Below are positions 1-12,203 of a stretch of DNA of 64,000 nt, in pieces. The translations under genes and the position numbers were made by a program. The notes under the pieces are model-generated. The model was given only the letters and a program-made list of their open reading frames with translations. It did not search any database and was not told the DNA's origin. This DNA is from Geosiphon pyriformis uo1 (Eukaryota > Fungi > Glomeromycota): assembly GCA_016748015.1 (NCBI GenBank), contig JAAOMT010000201.1, positions 256,224 to 320,223 on the forward strand, read 5' to 3'. The first letter of the stretch is position 1; the number at the start of each line of letters is the position of its first letter.

Positions 1-716
1 TCGTTCACTGCTGTTTCAGAGTGTTCACTTTGATTTTCAGCTAGAAAGTCAAGAAGATTGGAACTAATTTGAAGAGATTCTTGTTGTCTGGTGGGACTTC
101 TGAGTGATGTAAAATCTTCTGGTCTTGTAAATTGATTTAAGGGTGAATTAGGTGTTTGTGCTTATGCAAGTGAAGCTGAAAAAGGTGTGATAGTAAGTGG
201 AAGTTTTGAACTGGTTCCCTGTTCAGGTGTTTGTAAGTGTTTGGCAGTTGTTTTTGGTAATATTGGGATATTTGGGGTGGTTTTTGAGTATTGCTTCAAT
301 TTTTGTTTGCCTTTATTGCTTGTTTCTGTCTCTGATTCAAAATCAAAAGAGTATTTAGACTGTACTGGATATTTTTCTTCACAATATTCAATAATGTTAA
401 AATTAAGTTCTTGGAAGTAGATAGCAAGTGTTTTACTGTTCAGGTTTTCTGTTTCCAATTGTGAATAGTGCACTAAATTATTGTAGAGATTGCTTCTAAC
501 TTTTAAAATGTTGTAGTTTCCAAAAAGATAATTATTGATGCAGTTTTCAATGTATTGGTATACTGATTTCTTGACAACTTCAATTCCGTCTGGAATGTTG
601 AATTTTTGCTTGCAGTGGGTATAAATTGACTGGTAATACTCTAGAGTTGCTGTGTCTGGTGTGGTTGCCACTTTGAATTTGTTGTTGCTGTGTTATTTCC
701 GTGGAAGAGCATCAAA
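1..716 (-). pseudogene. Decayed gag 5' region of Gypsy family C element C1 (continues beyond window start)
   Basis: ORF 162-671 starts GTG-GCA-ACC just after PBS-like TG(A/G)TGCTCTT (705-714); paralogous to 2387-3016 (TLEYYQSIY..CKQ.F.I.DGIE). Confidence 0.75.
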
Positions 717-1697
717 TATTACTGGAGGTTTTTGGTCTCTTCTTAGCTTTTGTATGTTTGTTGTAATGCTGTTAATTCACAACTATGGAAAGTGTTTGAA
801 CCTCTGATAACTGAATTTATCTTCAAATTATAGGAAATAATTTGAACTGCTGGGCTTATAGTGGAATGGCCAATTCTGTGCCAGTTACTTTGTATAGTTA
901 CGTTGTAGTAAACATCAACTCTTTTCCAGGAAATGCTTGTCTGGAAGCTCACTAAAAATGTGTAGTTACTTTGCTGTGAAAGTCAACTCTTCTACAGGAA
1001 TTCTCGTCTGTAGGCTACCCTAATGATTATGATAATAAAAGAAAATAAAAGAAAATAAAAAAAATGTAAAAGAAATAGAATTCTATCAAAGGAAACGTTT
1101 CTATCCAGACCTGAAGTCACTAACAGTTTACTGAAATTGGTAGCTAATTAATTTCAAACTATTTAGTAGGAATTGGTTAATTTCAAAAGGGAAATAATTA
1201 AGGATTTGATTTTTCAAATTATTTGATATTTATTTTGTTTTTGTGTATAAAAGATAATTTTAATTGTTAAATCTAAAGTAAAATACATTTTCTCGAAGAG
1301 AGAAGCTCTTCTTTTATACAACTTGTCATAACACTATTCTATGAACTTGAACTTTGCTCTTTTCTACAATTTTGCTAAACTAAAGATACATTTCAGCGAA
1401 CTACAAGTTATTTCTGTGAACTATTAGATATTTCGGTGAACTATTAATTATTTCAGCAAATTTCTACAAATTTTGGCAAACTTTTGAATGTTACATATTT
1501 CAGGGTATTACATGATTGATCATCACAATTAGATTACATCTGTGTTATGTACAATTGAGTTATTAATTAAATAATAATTTTGGATATTTTGCTAATGTAA
1601 TAAGTGATAATTTGAAACGATAATATATGCTAATTAATAATAAGAATTATAAAGATAATTTCATGCTAAATAATATTTCTAATTTCGTCTGATAACA
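717..1697 (-). repeat. 5' LTR, Gypsy family C (C1)
   Basis: TG..CA-type ends (decayed), adjacent PBS, aligns with 3017-3973 and 58940-59896; inserted in gag of C2. Confidence 0.85.
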
Positions 1698-3016
1698 CTG
1701 GTTTCTCCAATAACTAGGTTGACAAGCTTGGTGTGATTTGCTTCTTCTATTGCCATTTTATAGTTTTTTGCATGTTTAATGGTTGTTACTAAGTCTGCTA
1801 AGGCATGTGGATAAACTTTTTTAATCAATTTGTCTTTTAATTTTGTTATAAATTGATCCAGAATTGGAGCATTGGAATAGTAGTCATTGGTGTCCAATTG
1901 TCAAATTCATCTAAGAAGTTTATTAAATTTTCCAAGATAGATCATAACAGTTTTGGATGTTTCTTGCTTAATATTATGAAAGCAATTCCAGAAAGTGATA
2001 GAGGTATTGTTGTTAGTAAATTGTTGTAAAAAAGCATTTTTAAATACTTGTCAGTTTTCAAAGGGTTCAATTAAGTTTTCAAATCATTCTCCTACTGTTT
2101 CTTGGAGAAAGTATGAAATTGTTTTAAGCATTCTTGCTGCATTCCATCCATTTACATCTCCTGCTTTCTGGACTTTGTTAAGTCATTCTTAAGGGCTGGT
2201 ATTATTATTTTTACCAGTGAATTTGGGAATCTTTGCAATATAAGCAGTTGCCATTTTTTCTTTATTTTCAGAAGTTTTTTCTTGTTCTGACTCAGTTTCT
2301 TTACTTTCCAAGCTTTCTGAATGATGACTTTTGTTTTCTTGTAAGTAATTAAGAAGATTAGTGCTGGTTAATATTGATTCCTGTTGTTAAGTAGAACTTT
2401 TTAGTAAAGTAAAATCTTCTGGTCTTAAAAATTGAATAAGAGGTAAATTTAGTGTCTGTAGTTGAGCAAATGAAATTGGAAATGATGTAACTGAAAGTGG
2501 AAGTTTGGTGCTGGTTCCTTGTTCTGGAGTTTGCAAGTATTTAACAGTTATCTTTGATGTTTTTGAAGTGTTTGGAGTGGTACTTGAGTATTGTTTTAGT
2601 TTTTGTTTGTCTTTATTACTTATTTCTGTTTCTGATTTAAAGTCAATAGAGTATTTAGACTCTACTGGGTATTTTTCTTCACAATACTGGATAATGCTAA
2701 AAATAAGTTCTTTGAAGTAGGTAACAAGTGTTTTACTGTTAAGGTTTTCAATTCCCAATTGTGAATAGTGCACTAAATTATTGTAGAAGTTGCTTCTAAT
2801 TTCTAAAATATTGTAATTTCTAAGAAAATAATTGTTGATGCAGTTTTCAATATACAAGTAAAGTGTTCTTTTAACAATTTCAATTCCATCTGAAATGTCA
2901 AATCTCTGCTTGCAATAGGTGTAAATTGACTGGTAATACTCTAAAGTTATTGTGTTTGTTGTGATTACTACTTTGAAGTTATTTTTGCTGTGTTGTTTCT
3001 GTAGGAAAGCACCAAA
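1698..3016 (-). pseudogene. Decayed gag of Gypsy family C element C2
   Basis: ORFs 2387-3106 and 1679-1897 (ILDQFI..LK..L..KV.P retrotransposon-gag-like); IAKIPKFTG motif near 2215-2240; stops and frameshifts. Confidence 0.8.
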
Positions 3017-3973
3017 TGTTATCAGAGGTTTTTGGTCTTTTTTTTGAATGTTGTTAATTTCTGTTTGTTGTAAATTCACATTTTTTAGAAGCAGTTGAAC
3101 CTCCAATAACTGAATTTATCTTCAAATTATCTTCTATAATTTGAACTCCTGGGCTTATAAGTGGAATGGCCAATTCTATGTCAATTATTTTATGTAATTA
3201 CATTGTAGTAAACATCAACTCTTTTCCAAGAATTGCTCATCTGGAAGCTTACTAAAAATATGTAGTTACTTTGCTGTGAAAGTCAATTCTTCTACAAGAA
3301 TTTTGTCTATAGACTACTTTGATAATTATAATAAGAAAAGAAAAGAAAAATAAAAGAAATAGAATTTTGTTAAGGAAAATGTTTTCTATCCAGCCCTGGA
3401 GTCACTAACAGTTTATTGAAATTGGTAGCTAATCAATTTCAAAACGTTAGTTGTGTTGAGAAAATTTCAAGTGTAATAATTTAAGAATTTGGTTTTTGAA
3501 TATTTTAATTTTTATTTGATTTTATAAAAGATGATTTGTTCTAATTAAGATATTTAAAGTAAGATACTATGGTAAAATATGAGAAGATACATTTTTTTGA
3601 AGAGAAAAGTTCTTCTTTTATACAACTTGTTATAGTACTAGTCTTTGAATTTGCACTTTTTTCTTTGCTCTAATTTCAGCAAACTAAAGCTATATTTCGG
3701 TAAACTACAAGTTATTTCACTGAATTATTGATTATTTTAGCCAATTTTTATTAATTTCGACGAATTTTGATTATGTTAAATGGTTCAGGGTATTGTGTAA
3801 TTTAATCATCTTAATTTTTATGGTACAAATTGGATTATTGGTTAAATGATGATAATTGCTAATTTAATTAAATAATAGATAATAATTGAAATAATAATCA
3901 TATATGCTAATTAATAATAGGAATTATGAAAGTAATTTTATGCTAATTAACAGCTAAAATTCTACTGGTAACA
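3017..3973 (-). repeat. 5' LTR, Gypsy family C (C2)
   Basis: TGTTAC...TAACA ends; PBS TGGTGCT adjacent at 3008-3014; same length (957 bp) as solo copy 58940-59896. Confidence 0.85.
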
Positions 3974-5446
3974 ACAGTAGTAATCAAAATCTTAATGGTA
4001 TTGGCAATTGGAATTTAAATTTTTCAAAATAATTGTTATAAGTTCCTAATAATTCTGCTTTCTTTTGTTTACTTTGAAATAGGAGTTGTCTAAATGTTGA
4101 TGTTGTATTTGATGTGGATGTGTCTGCTAATGTGATATTGATGGTACTTCCGGATATGTAATAATATGATGGATATAGTGGAAATTCAATTCTTTGTTTC
4201 TTTAATATTGGTAATTATATTCCTTTTGGAATTGCTGCTGGTGTTTGTAACTTTTTTTTACTCTTATTTGCATAGATAATGGGAAATTGTCGTTGAGTAT
4301 ATCTTTTAATTTCTTGAGTAATTTTCTTGATAATTGGTGCAAAACTGTGATTTTATGGTAAGCTAGTATATTGGATTAATTCTATATAGAAATTTTTTCT
4401 TGCTGATTTAATGTCAACTGGTCTTCCTAAAAAATCAGTGATTTTTTCATTGACATAAAAGTTGAAGGCTAATTCTGCTGAATAATAGTTGTTGGTTAAG
4501 CCTAATTGTTGGCTGTACTATTAAAATAAGGATTTGGTAAATCCTAAATGATTTGTTTCTATTATTTTTGATTCTGCTATTTTTGGATGACTGATGTTAG
4601 TGCTAGTTCTCTGTAAAATTATACCTTACAAGAAGCACCAAATATTACAGATGATTATTTGGAGTCTCAAAACAAATAACAAATCTATAACTTAATGTTT
4701 AATTAATTTAATGATATAGATCTCTGATGATTTTGTCTCTGGAGGTTTTCATGATTTGAAAATTTTGGTTGAGTTCTTTATATAATAAACAGAGATTTGA
4801 TAATAATGTTGCTGTTATTGGTAAGTTGTTTCCCAATTTTTTTTTTCAGCTTGATAACCAGTTTATTTTGGCAGTTATGCTCTTTAGTAAGCTATCCGTT
4901 AATATATATATAATATTACTCTTCTTTTAGATCTTTTATCAGGCTATCCATGACATTAATAATTCAGTGTTTAATCCTCAATCAATTAGTAAACACAACA
5001 AAATAAAATAAATAAATAAAAGAGATAGAGAAAAAATAAAGAAAATAAGCCAAGGCAATTGCAAATTAGTATCTTATTAATAGCCATAATCAAAAACTAT
5101 TGTTCTAGTATGGTCAAGTATCGATTACTATTAACACTTTATGTTAATAATGAAAAGTGGATTGAGATAACAAATAATTATTTATTGATAGTTTTGATTT
5201 GGAAGGTTGCTTAGATGAAATCTAAACTGAGATGTCTTGATAATGTTTTTTTCTGCTTTTAATACTCTTGCTATATATACATAATTTAGGTTCTACAAAA
5301 TCACTCACATTTTCGAATAATGTGCTATGATTTTTTGAATAATACTCACATTGCTTGAACAATATGCTCATATGCTAACTACTATTCTTTTATTGGTTTA
5401 TCTGTTTTTCTTACTATTTTTTTTCTCTGTTTTTCTATGAATAACA
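3974..5446 (-). mobile_element. Gypsy family A 5' end: LTR 4643-5446, PBS and decayed gag start 3974-4642
   Basis: LTR homologous to 46452-47328; PBS TGGTGCTTCTTGTAAG; gag remnant homologous to 55200-55690. Confidence 0.8.
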
Positions 5447-6984
5447 GCAAGAGTTCAATTAGAACTAACCATTTTTATCTCTATATTTTGTCCAGAAAAG
5501 AAATTTTATAAAAAAAAATTAAATATACTTCTCAAGCAGGATGTAAAAAAAAAGAGAGGAGAAAGAAAAAGGAGTGAAAAACTTGGATAGAAGACAAAAA
5601 CAATTATATACAATATACTTGGTCTTCAAGCTAGAAAAAATTAAAAAATCTTTAGCTTATGGGACTGAACTCTTCAAAACAGAGGAGTAAACACCAGACA
5701 ACACTCAAGAGTAAAAAAAAAGACTCCTTTCAACATATTGGTTTTACAAAATTGGGAAACAATTAGATTTAAAAAACCCATACAAAGACTACAACCAGAA
5801 AACTTTTAATAAAAAAGCAATATAACAAGTAAAAAAATTCGTAAAAAGAAGCAACCTGACACTATACTACAAAGCAATATGTTAATTATATGTCACTTTC
5901 CAATATTGTCCAAACATACTATTAAAAAAGACAACAGTCAACAACATAGGACAAATGACCAATCAACAGTTCAAAAATCTACAAAAAACTATAGTTAATA
6001 TAACCATTGAACATTACACAAACAAAGTTCTATTAACAGACACAACTGATTTTGCAAAAGCTCAATATTAAAAAAGAAGAAGATAATATTACTTGAAAAA
6101 AAAAAGCTTATTAAAAAAAGAAAGAAAAATGTGACCTAAAAAAAAATATAATAAAATATAAAAGAACACAGAATAATACACAATAATATTAGATAACACG
6201 TTATAACATAGAATAATGTGTTATAATACAGGATAATACAGAATAACATGTTATAATGTAGAATAATGTGTTATAATATAGAATAATTAGTTATAATATA
6301 AAAAAACAAAGTAATAACTAACAAGAACAAATGATCTAAAGCAATCCTGTAAAATTAGAAAATATGTATATATAGCAGTAGCATTAGAAACAGAAAAGAC
6401 AGAATTCCCAGACAAAAATTTATTAGTTACTATTCCCTAGTTAAAAACCATATTATTTTAAATATTAATAAATATATTATTCAGCATTTCAAATCCAATT
6501 GCTTATTATCAACTCTAAATGTTAATAGTAATTGATACTTAAATTACATGAGAACAATAGCTCTTGATTATAGCTATTAATAGGATACTAATTTGCATTG
6601 CCTTGGCTTAATTTTTTTTATTTTATCTTCTTTTATTTTTTTGTATCTTGTTGGTGGTTTACTAAACTTCTTAAAAATTAAGTATTAAGTTATTAATGTC
6701 AAGAATTGTCTGGTAAAAGACTCCTGCAAGTGGATAGAATGTGTAAAAATTAAGGATTGCTTACCAAAGAATTGCTGACCATCAAGCTGAGAAAAAAATT
6801 GATGGAATTGTGATTCCAGAAAGCTACAAATAAAATAACATGGAAATCTCTGTTCATTATACAAAAGATTCAATCAAAACCTTCAAAATGCAAAAATCTT
6901 CAGATTACTACCATTTCATATTAATTAAGCACCAAGTTATGGGTTTGTTATTTACTCTAACTATCCAAATAATCACTTGTAACA
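5447..6984 (+). mobile_element. Gypsy 3' end: ORF3 remnant (5447-6070), PPT (~6070-6086), 3' LTR 6087-6984
   Basis: ORF3 remnant matches 32280-32875; purine tract AAAAAAGAAGAAGATAA precedes LTR; LTR ends TGTAACA at 6984. Confidence 0.8.
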
Positions 6985-8190
6985 ATACTAAAAATGCAAA
7001 GAAAAAATCAAAGATTTTTCAAAAGTTTTTTGTTATGCATGTTAAGTAATATCTCTGGAATCCGATTTTTTTGTTCAAAAAAATACAATTAAAAAATTAA
7101 TTGAAAGTATAAGACATAAATACATTTTTTTTCAAAATTTTATTGTGAATTAAATTTTATTAAAAGATATTGTTACAGTTGAAACTTATACTTTTTATTA
7201 ATTATTACATGTATTAACTATTGATGTTATATAAATTAGCTATTTTATTTTTAGATAGTGATCATTGACCTAATTAATGACTTAACCATTAATCTGATTA
7301 TTGATCTAATTATTGACCTGATCAATGACCTGATTATTGATCTAATCATTGATCTGATCATTGACCTAGTTGTTGATCTGATTATTAACCACTTTTGACA
7401 ACTATATAAGTGATGAATCTCTTAGCTATAGAAAAGCATGTTCAAAATAATCAAGAATAAATAAAATAACAACTTTTATCTTAATCATTCTCTTATTGCT
7501 AATTTTTCTTTCCTTACCTTTAAGTATCCGAATATCTTGGGATAAAAGATTACTTGTTGGTTAATTTTTACTCTTTTTCTGAAATGTATAAGTGTAGCAT
7601 TTGAAGATTATTAAATAAATTGTGACTGAAGAGCACATCTAATATTTAATATTGAATTCTAAGAACACTGATATAAAGCATAGAATTATACCAAATGTGA
7701 TTATTTATTGACAGTACAAATTATTTCTTTATTTTCAGATTCCTTAGTTACCTTTTGAAAAGAATAGCAACTGAGATATTTTATGAAACTGATCTCGCAC
7801 ATTGAATTCATACTTATTCAATTCGCTCTTTAAAGTTGAATTTCCCTTGATTATTTCCATCACCCTATAATTCTGTTTTTTTTTGCTATCCGTTAACTTG
7901 TTATTCTAACTCATAACAATATTAGGGAGCTGCTAAAAGATATACATATAATAAATACAAGTATTTATGAAAAAGATTACAAAAAACAGTGTTTAAAAGT
8001 CTTAAATTAGTATTTTTAATAACTATTAGACAATTTTCAAGAAAATATTGGTGTTATATAAATCTTTATAGAAAAAGTTTTAATAGAAAATTAGTAGAAT
8101 ATACTATAAAAAAGTATAAATCTTATAGAAAAATTTCAAATAATATTTTTAAAGAATTAGACAAATTAAATAATATTCAAAGTTTGTAAT
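6985..8190 (+). pseudogene. Decayed C-terminal part of IS630-Tc1-mariner-type (DDE) transposase, split by solo LTR
   Basis: Joined across 7171-7918 it reads ..DFFVQK..LIESIRHKYIFFSKFYCELNFIKRY*GAAKRY..IRQFSRKYW.YI.LYR..YTIKKYKSYR, resembling the PKFHCELNxIExxWGxAK motif of fungal Tc1-like transposases. Confidence 0.6.
7171..7918. repeat. Solo LTR (family D, 748 bp) with ATAT target-site duplication
   Basis: TGTTAC...ATAACA ends, ATAT on both sides, empty site visible in the inverted paralogue at ~17213-17230; 12-bp TGATCATTGACC-like tandem array at ~7255-7390. Confidence 0.85.
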
Positions 8191-8616
8191 ACTGTATTTG
8201 GTTTTATATTATATAAAATTTAATAAAATTTTATTTTTTATTATAAATAATATATTAAAAACAGATGTATATTAGCCAATAAAATTTAATTATATAAATA
8301 AAAACACGTGAAGATCATCATTTAAAATTTCGGACTGATCTACATTTTTGATGATTATAAATGGTTTGCACCATAGTAATAAAATCATGGTAAATACCTA
8401 AATCTACTGCAGGGTAATTCCCATACTTAAATGAGCCCAGAAATGAGCAGTATATTTACGTTTTGATTGTTTACCTGCGATTTCATTTTCTCATGTAGTA
8501 ACAATACTTTTTTACACTTAACCGAGCACCTATCAGCATGACACATTTAGTATCTAAGATTGAAGCACTTTTATTAGAAGAGCCATTAGACAGTCTTTGT
8601 GGTGCGTCCGCAGTTT

Positions 8617-8636
8617 NNNNNNNNNNNNNNNNNNNN
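8617..8636. other. Assembly gap (20 N)
   Basis: Run of N. Confidence 1.
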
Positions 8637-8970
8637 CGGAAGAGCGATATCCTCTGGATGTCGAGAGTTTGCTCCTCCTTAACTGTGCGTGACTATCTGC
8701 CAAAACAGTGATATTTTTAAATTCTGAAAACGCACATGTGCGGGCGTAGTATATAAACAGATATAATGTGAGGTTGGCTTGTACCGGTACTAATTTATTA
8801 TTGCATTTGCCATAGATTTCAAGTGGTTATATCAGCATTAAAGGTCTGAAAGCATTCAAAGCATTGAATATAGAGAGGAAGTTACCCCCTGATTATAGCC
8901 ATGAAGAGATTGTGGCGAATATTAATATGTTAAAATACAAGCTCGAGGTATGTCTCAGATATTTTATCAA
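8637..8970 (+). repeat. Left arm of ~334-bp inverted repeat (partner 16642-16975); partial copy of the 5' exons of the gene at 15482-16984
   Basis: Reverse complement of 16642-16975 with about 4 substitutions seen by eye. Confidence 0.95.
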
Positions 8971-9791
8971 GATTCGTGGCCAGATTTTAGAATAATTCTC
9001 TTTGGGCTGAATCAGATAATCCTCTAGCTTATGAAATCCATTTTTTATGGAAGAGATAGCAGGTCTTTTTATACGTCCTTCTTTTGCTGATCCAAGGAGC
9101 CGAAGATTGAAATGCGTTTTGGGAAGGCCAACATCAATGAACTTTGAATAAGGATTAGTTCCATAACCTTTTCTGTGAATCCCTTAAGTTCTCTATAATC
9201 TATGAATTGGGCACGAGGATAAATAATATGCCAACTACATTTCTCAGCATTTGATGAACTAGCTAAAGCAAAAGAATTTAAGAAAGGCATACAATCTGGA
9301 ATAAGGCTTAATGCATCCGCACAAGCGACTAAAATTCGAGATAACAAATCTTCTCGTGTAATTTTTTTATCGTTTAAGGAAGGCACTTTAGGATTTGTAG
9401 GATCAGGCTTTTGCCTTGCATCAATATCAATAATCAAACGAAGAGGCTGGTTACCATCAATACATTCGTGAGTATCAGGTATTCTATAAACTTCAGAGGG
9501 ATGATTAACCAATGCAAACTTTTCTTTTATTCGAATTATATACTGAGAATAAATCTCTTCGGGCTGGTATGCATCTAAAAGTGCAGTATCATTTCTATCA
9601 GAAGAGCTGGTATGGCCATTGGATGCAAGCCAGTATTTATAATATGTATGCTCTTTATGGCCAGGTTTATCAAGATCCGTTAAACCCATAAAAAACCTTT
9701 TTGCTTCATTATATTCGGCCGACTTTTGATTTAAGCAGTGTTGTTGTAATGATTCATGAAGACATTTTTTTGCTTCACTAGACAAACTCAT
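8971..9791 (-). pseudogene. Archaeo-eukaryotic primase (PrimPol-like) domain, frameshifted and 3'-truncated
   Basis: Motif I LRLIIDID, motif II KCSWHII; after a frameshift near 9155 the other frame gives motif III PYSKFIDVGLPKTHFNLRLLGSAKEGR; cut off by the inverted-repeat arm at 8970. Confidence 0.8.
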
Positions 9792-9952
9792 TTTATTGAT
9801 TTCTATATATGTGTTGTTTGTATATGCGTGTTTGATCTGACAAAAAGTATGTATTACGTTGATTTATCAACTTATAATAAAAGCGACATAAAAAGTTTAA
9901 TTCGAAAATAATTATTTCATATATGCAAATTTGAAAGTTATTGTTATTAGTA

Positions 9953-10237
9953 ATGGCATTCTATTCTTGCCCACATACTTATATTGATGGGCGAATTTGT
10001 GGAAAAGGTAGTTATCGACAAGAGGGTTGTCCTCTTCATTGGAAAATGCGATTACGTAATCCTTGTAAAGAGTGTGGTATACCAACTGCCTCTATATATT
10101 GTATGTGTGTTAAACATGCTGGAAAATATCGCAACAAATCAAACTATCACAAAAAAAAGCAGGCTGAATTACGTGCAAAAATTGTTATGCTTGAGAATCA
10201 TATACCTGACTTACTCGATTCTAGACATGAAGTATAA
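9953..10237 (+). CDS. Small Cys/His-rich putative zinc-binding protein (94 aa)
   Basis: C-x9-C-x9-C-x2-H and C-x2-C...C-x2-H patterns, basic coiled tail; intronless, ATG at 9953. Confidence 0.65.
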   Translation: MAFYSCPHTYIDGRICGKGSYRQEGCPLHWKMRLRNPCKECGIPTASIYCMCVKHAGKYRNKSNYHKKKQAELRAKIVMLENHIPDLLDSRHEV

Positions 10238-10554
10238 TCATATATTGATTATTTTTTCCAGGACCTCTTATTTTGGAAAATGGCACTTATGTGCCTAAGT
10301 AATGTTATATCCTCTTTGATGCCTTCTATATTTTTGGTAATTTTATTAGGTAAAGCTATAGATTCCACGACTTTTGATTGAATTCGTATCTTGTTCGTGC
10401 CCATTTTCTGACAGAATTATAATAACCGCCACCCATTCAATTTTTTAGGTATTCTGACCCTAGATAATTAATTTCGATTTGAAAAAAGAATCTCCATAGT
10501 ATATATCAGACGAAAATAGTCTATATAAAACATCTCAATTAACATATACTAATC

Positions 10555-11655
10555 ATGGCAAAAATTGCTACATCATTTGTAAATCGCTATCATTTAACTT
10601 CACAAACTAGTTTACCACAGCTTAGTACTTATGTTGAAGAGTTAGCTAGTAAACTCTCAGATGGTAAGACAAAAGAGCAAGCTCGAAAAGCCAGAGATCA
10701 GGCCAAAAGACGCTTCCAACAGTTAGGATTGAGTAAGGAGCAAGCAGATACTCTTATTCCTATTCAAGCTCCTGGGAGACACGTTGAGGAAAGAGATCCT
10801 ATCAAAATTATCGCCCAATATATTATAAAAAATAATCTCTCACCTGAAGAGATAAATGGAATAGCATATGACTTGGCTTCTTCTGCTCCCACTGTTGCGG
10901 GAAATTCTCGTCTTAATTTATTACGGAAAAAGTTGTGTAGCTTAGGAGCTGACTATCTCATTACCGAGGCAACGAAAATACCTTTTATTACTGAAGAAGC
11001 AAATCAGATTCAAGCAAGAAAACGTATACTTCGTGGAATTAATGGTTATGATTGTCCCAAGTTCTTTTACCTGGAAAAAGTTCAGGAAAGACTTAATGAA
11101 TGTGATATTACCAAGCCTCCTTCAATGCAAAATCTAATAGACATAATGGTAATGCTATGTATGCGATCGGCAGATGTGGAAACTCTTCGTATCAATCGAT
11201 ACAGACCAAGTCGTGAGTCATGGTATAATCCTGACTATTCTTTGTATTGCACCGGTTATGCGAAAAATAAAGGTGAAGTAGGAGAACCCCGACCATTCCT
11301 CTCAATGGAAAAAAACCCAATACGAGCAAGAGAATTGCTTATCTGGATTCAGAAATCAATACCAGATAAATTTCCCTTCTTGTTAAAAGATAAGGATAGA
11401 AATACCAATGTTGTACCACTTAATCTATTCTTGAGTCGTCATAGAATTACCTCATATATGTTAAGAAAAATAGGTGCTGATCATGCTTCCAGAGTACATG
11501 GAGGTAAGAATGATTCTGGCCGTCAATATTTACGACAATTGGCATGTAGGCATAAGATAGGTCATGCTTCATCAGTTGAACATTATGGTGTAATGAATGA
11601 TAGGCCAATTATTTCAGTGCCTAAGCAAGAAAATCTCGAAGTCGAGGATAACTAA
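10555..11655 (+). CDS. Tyrosine recombinase, protelomerase/telomere-resolvase-like (366 aa, intact)
   Basis: Putative catalytic set R204 (MLCMRSAD), K237 (TGYAK), R304 (YMLRK), H333/H337, Y344 (SSVEHY); the GxAK and xxHY contexts resemble protelomerase GQAK and QLHY. Confidence 0.7.
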   Translation: MAKIATSFVNRYHLTSQTSLPQLSTYVEELASKLSDGKTKEQARKARDQAKRRFQQLGLSKEQADTLIPIQAPGRHVEERDPIKIIAQYIIKNNLSPEEINGIAYDLASSAPTVAGNSRLNLLRKKLCSLGADYLITEATKIPFITEEANQIQARKRILRGINGYDCPKFFYLEKVQERLNECDITKPPSMQNLIDIMVMLCMRSADVETLRINRYRPSRESWYNPDYSLYCTGYAKNKGEVGEPRPFLSMEKNPIRARELLIWIQKSIPDKFPFLLKDKDRNTNVVPLNLFLSRHRITSYMLRKIGADHASRVHGGKNDSGRQYLRQLACRHKIGHASSVEHYGVMNDRPIISVPKQENLEVEDN

Positions 11656-12062
11656 TCACTCTATCACTTTTATCATATTCACAGTAAAATCTTTATCATC
11701 ATTGGATGATTCAGACTCAGACCCAGATGAAGATGAGGACCAGATGCGGTATCATTTAAAATTTTCTTTTTTCTTTTAGCCTTAGATGGTGTACAATTTC
11801 TTCGAGAAATATCGAGGTTTACTATCGCATTTATAATATCTTGCTGAATCTTGGGTTTTACTATCTCCAGTAATCGGTGAAGAGAGATCCAGATTTTTTT
11901 ACCCGCCACTTGCTTAATAATACTGGATACCACCCTATAATTATTCTGAGATTCGTGGCTATTTCCAATAATTTCCACTCCCAATTTTTTAGCAAATTCT
12001 TCGGTTATAGTTGACCAGTTAGTGCTTGAATCGATAGTAGGTTTAGTTGTTGTTGATGACAT
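11656..12062 (-). CDS. Hypothetical protein, probable frameshift near 11740
   Basis: ATG 12062; basic KAKRKKK stretch; alternative frame ends SSSSGSESESSNDDKDF..* at 11656, tail-to-tail with the recombinase stop. Confidence 0.5.
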
Positions 12063-12203
12063 AATATTATTTATTAATACGAATAAAAATACATTATTAA
12101 ATATAAAATTATAATAAAGCATCACGATGAGAATTTTATCTTGCGAAATTAACAAAGTACCAGTTAAAACTATATTAGATACGTCTGAAATAGCAAATAT
12201 ATA

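Noticed and set aside
892-1015. Hammerhead or hairpin ribozyme, or H/ACA snoRNA
   Set aside because: No CUGANGA/GAAA core, no hairpin-ribozyme loop B, no ANANNA hinge; left as an unknown structured motif.
8731-8790. Short palindromes CGCACATGTGCG and GTACCGGTAC as protelomerase target
   Set aside because: Only 10-12 bp, within a predicted intron copy, and not at the termini.
10555-11655. Starship captain, Crypton or DIRS recombinase call
   Set aside because: Short and intronless, internal rather than first gene, no linked RT; motifs fit protelomerase-like enzymes better. Needs a profile search to settle.
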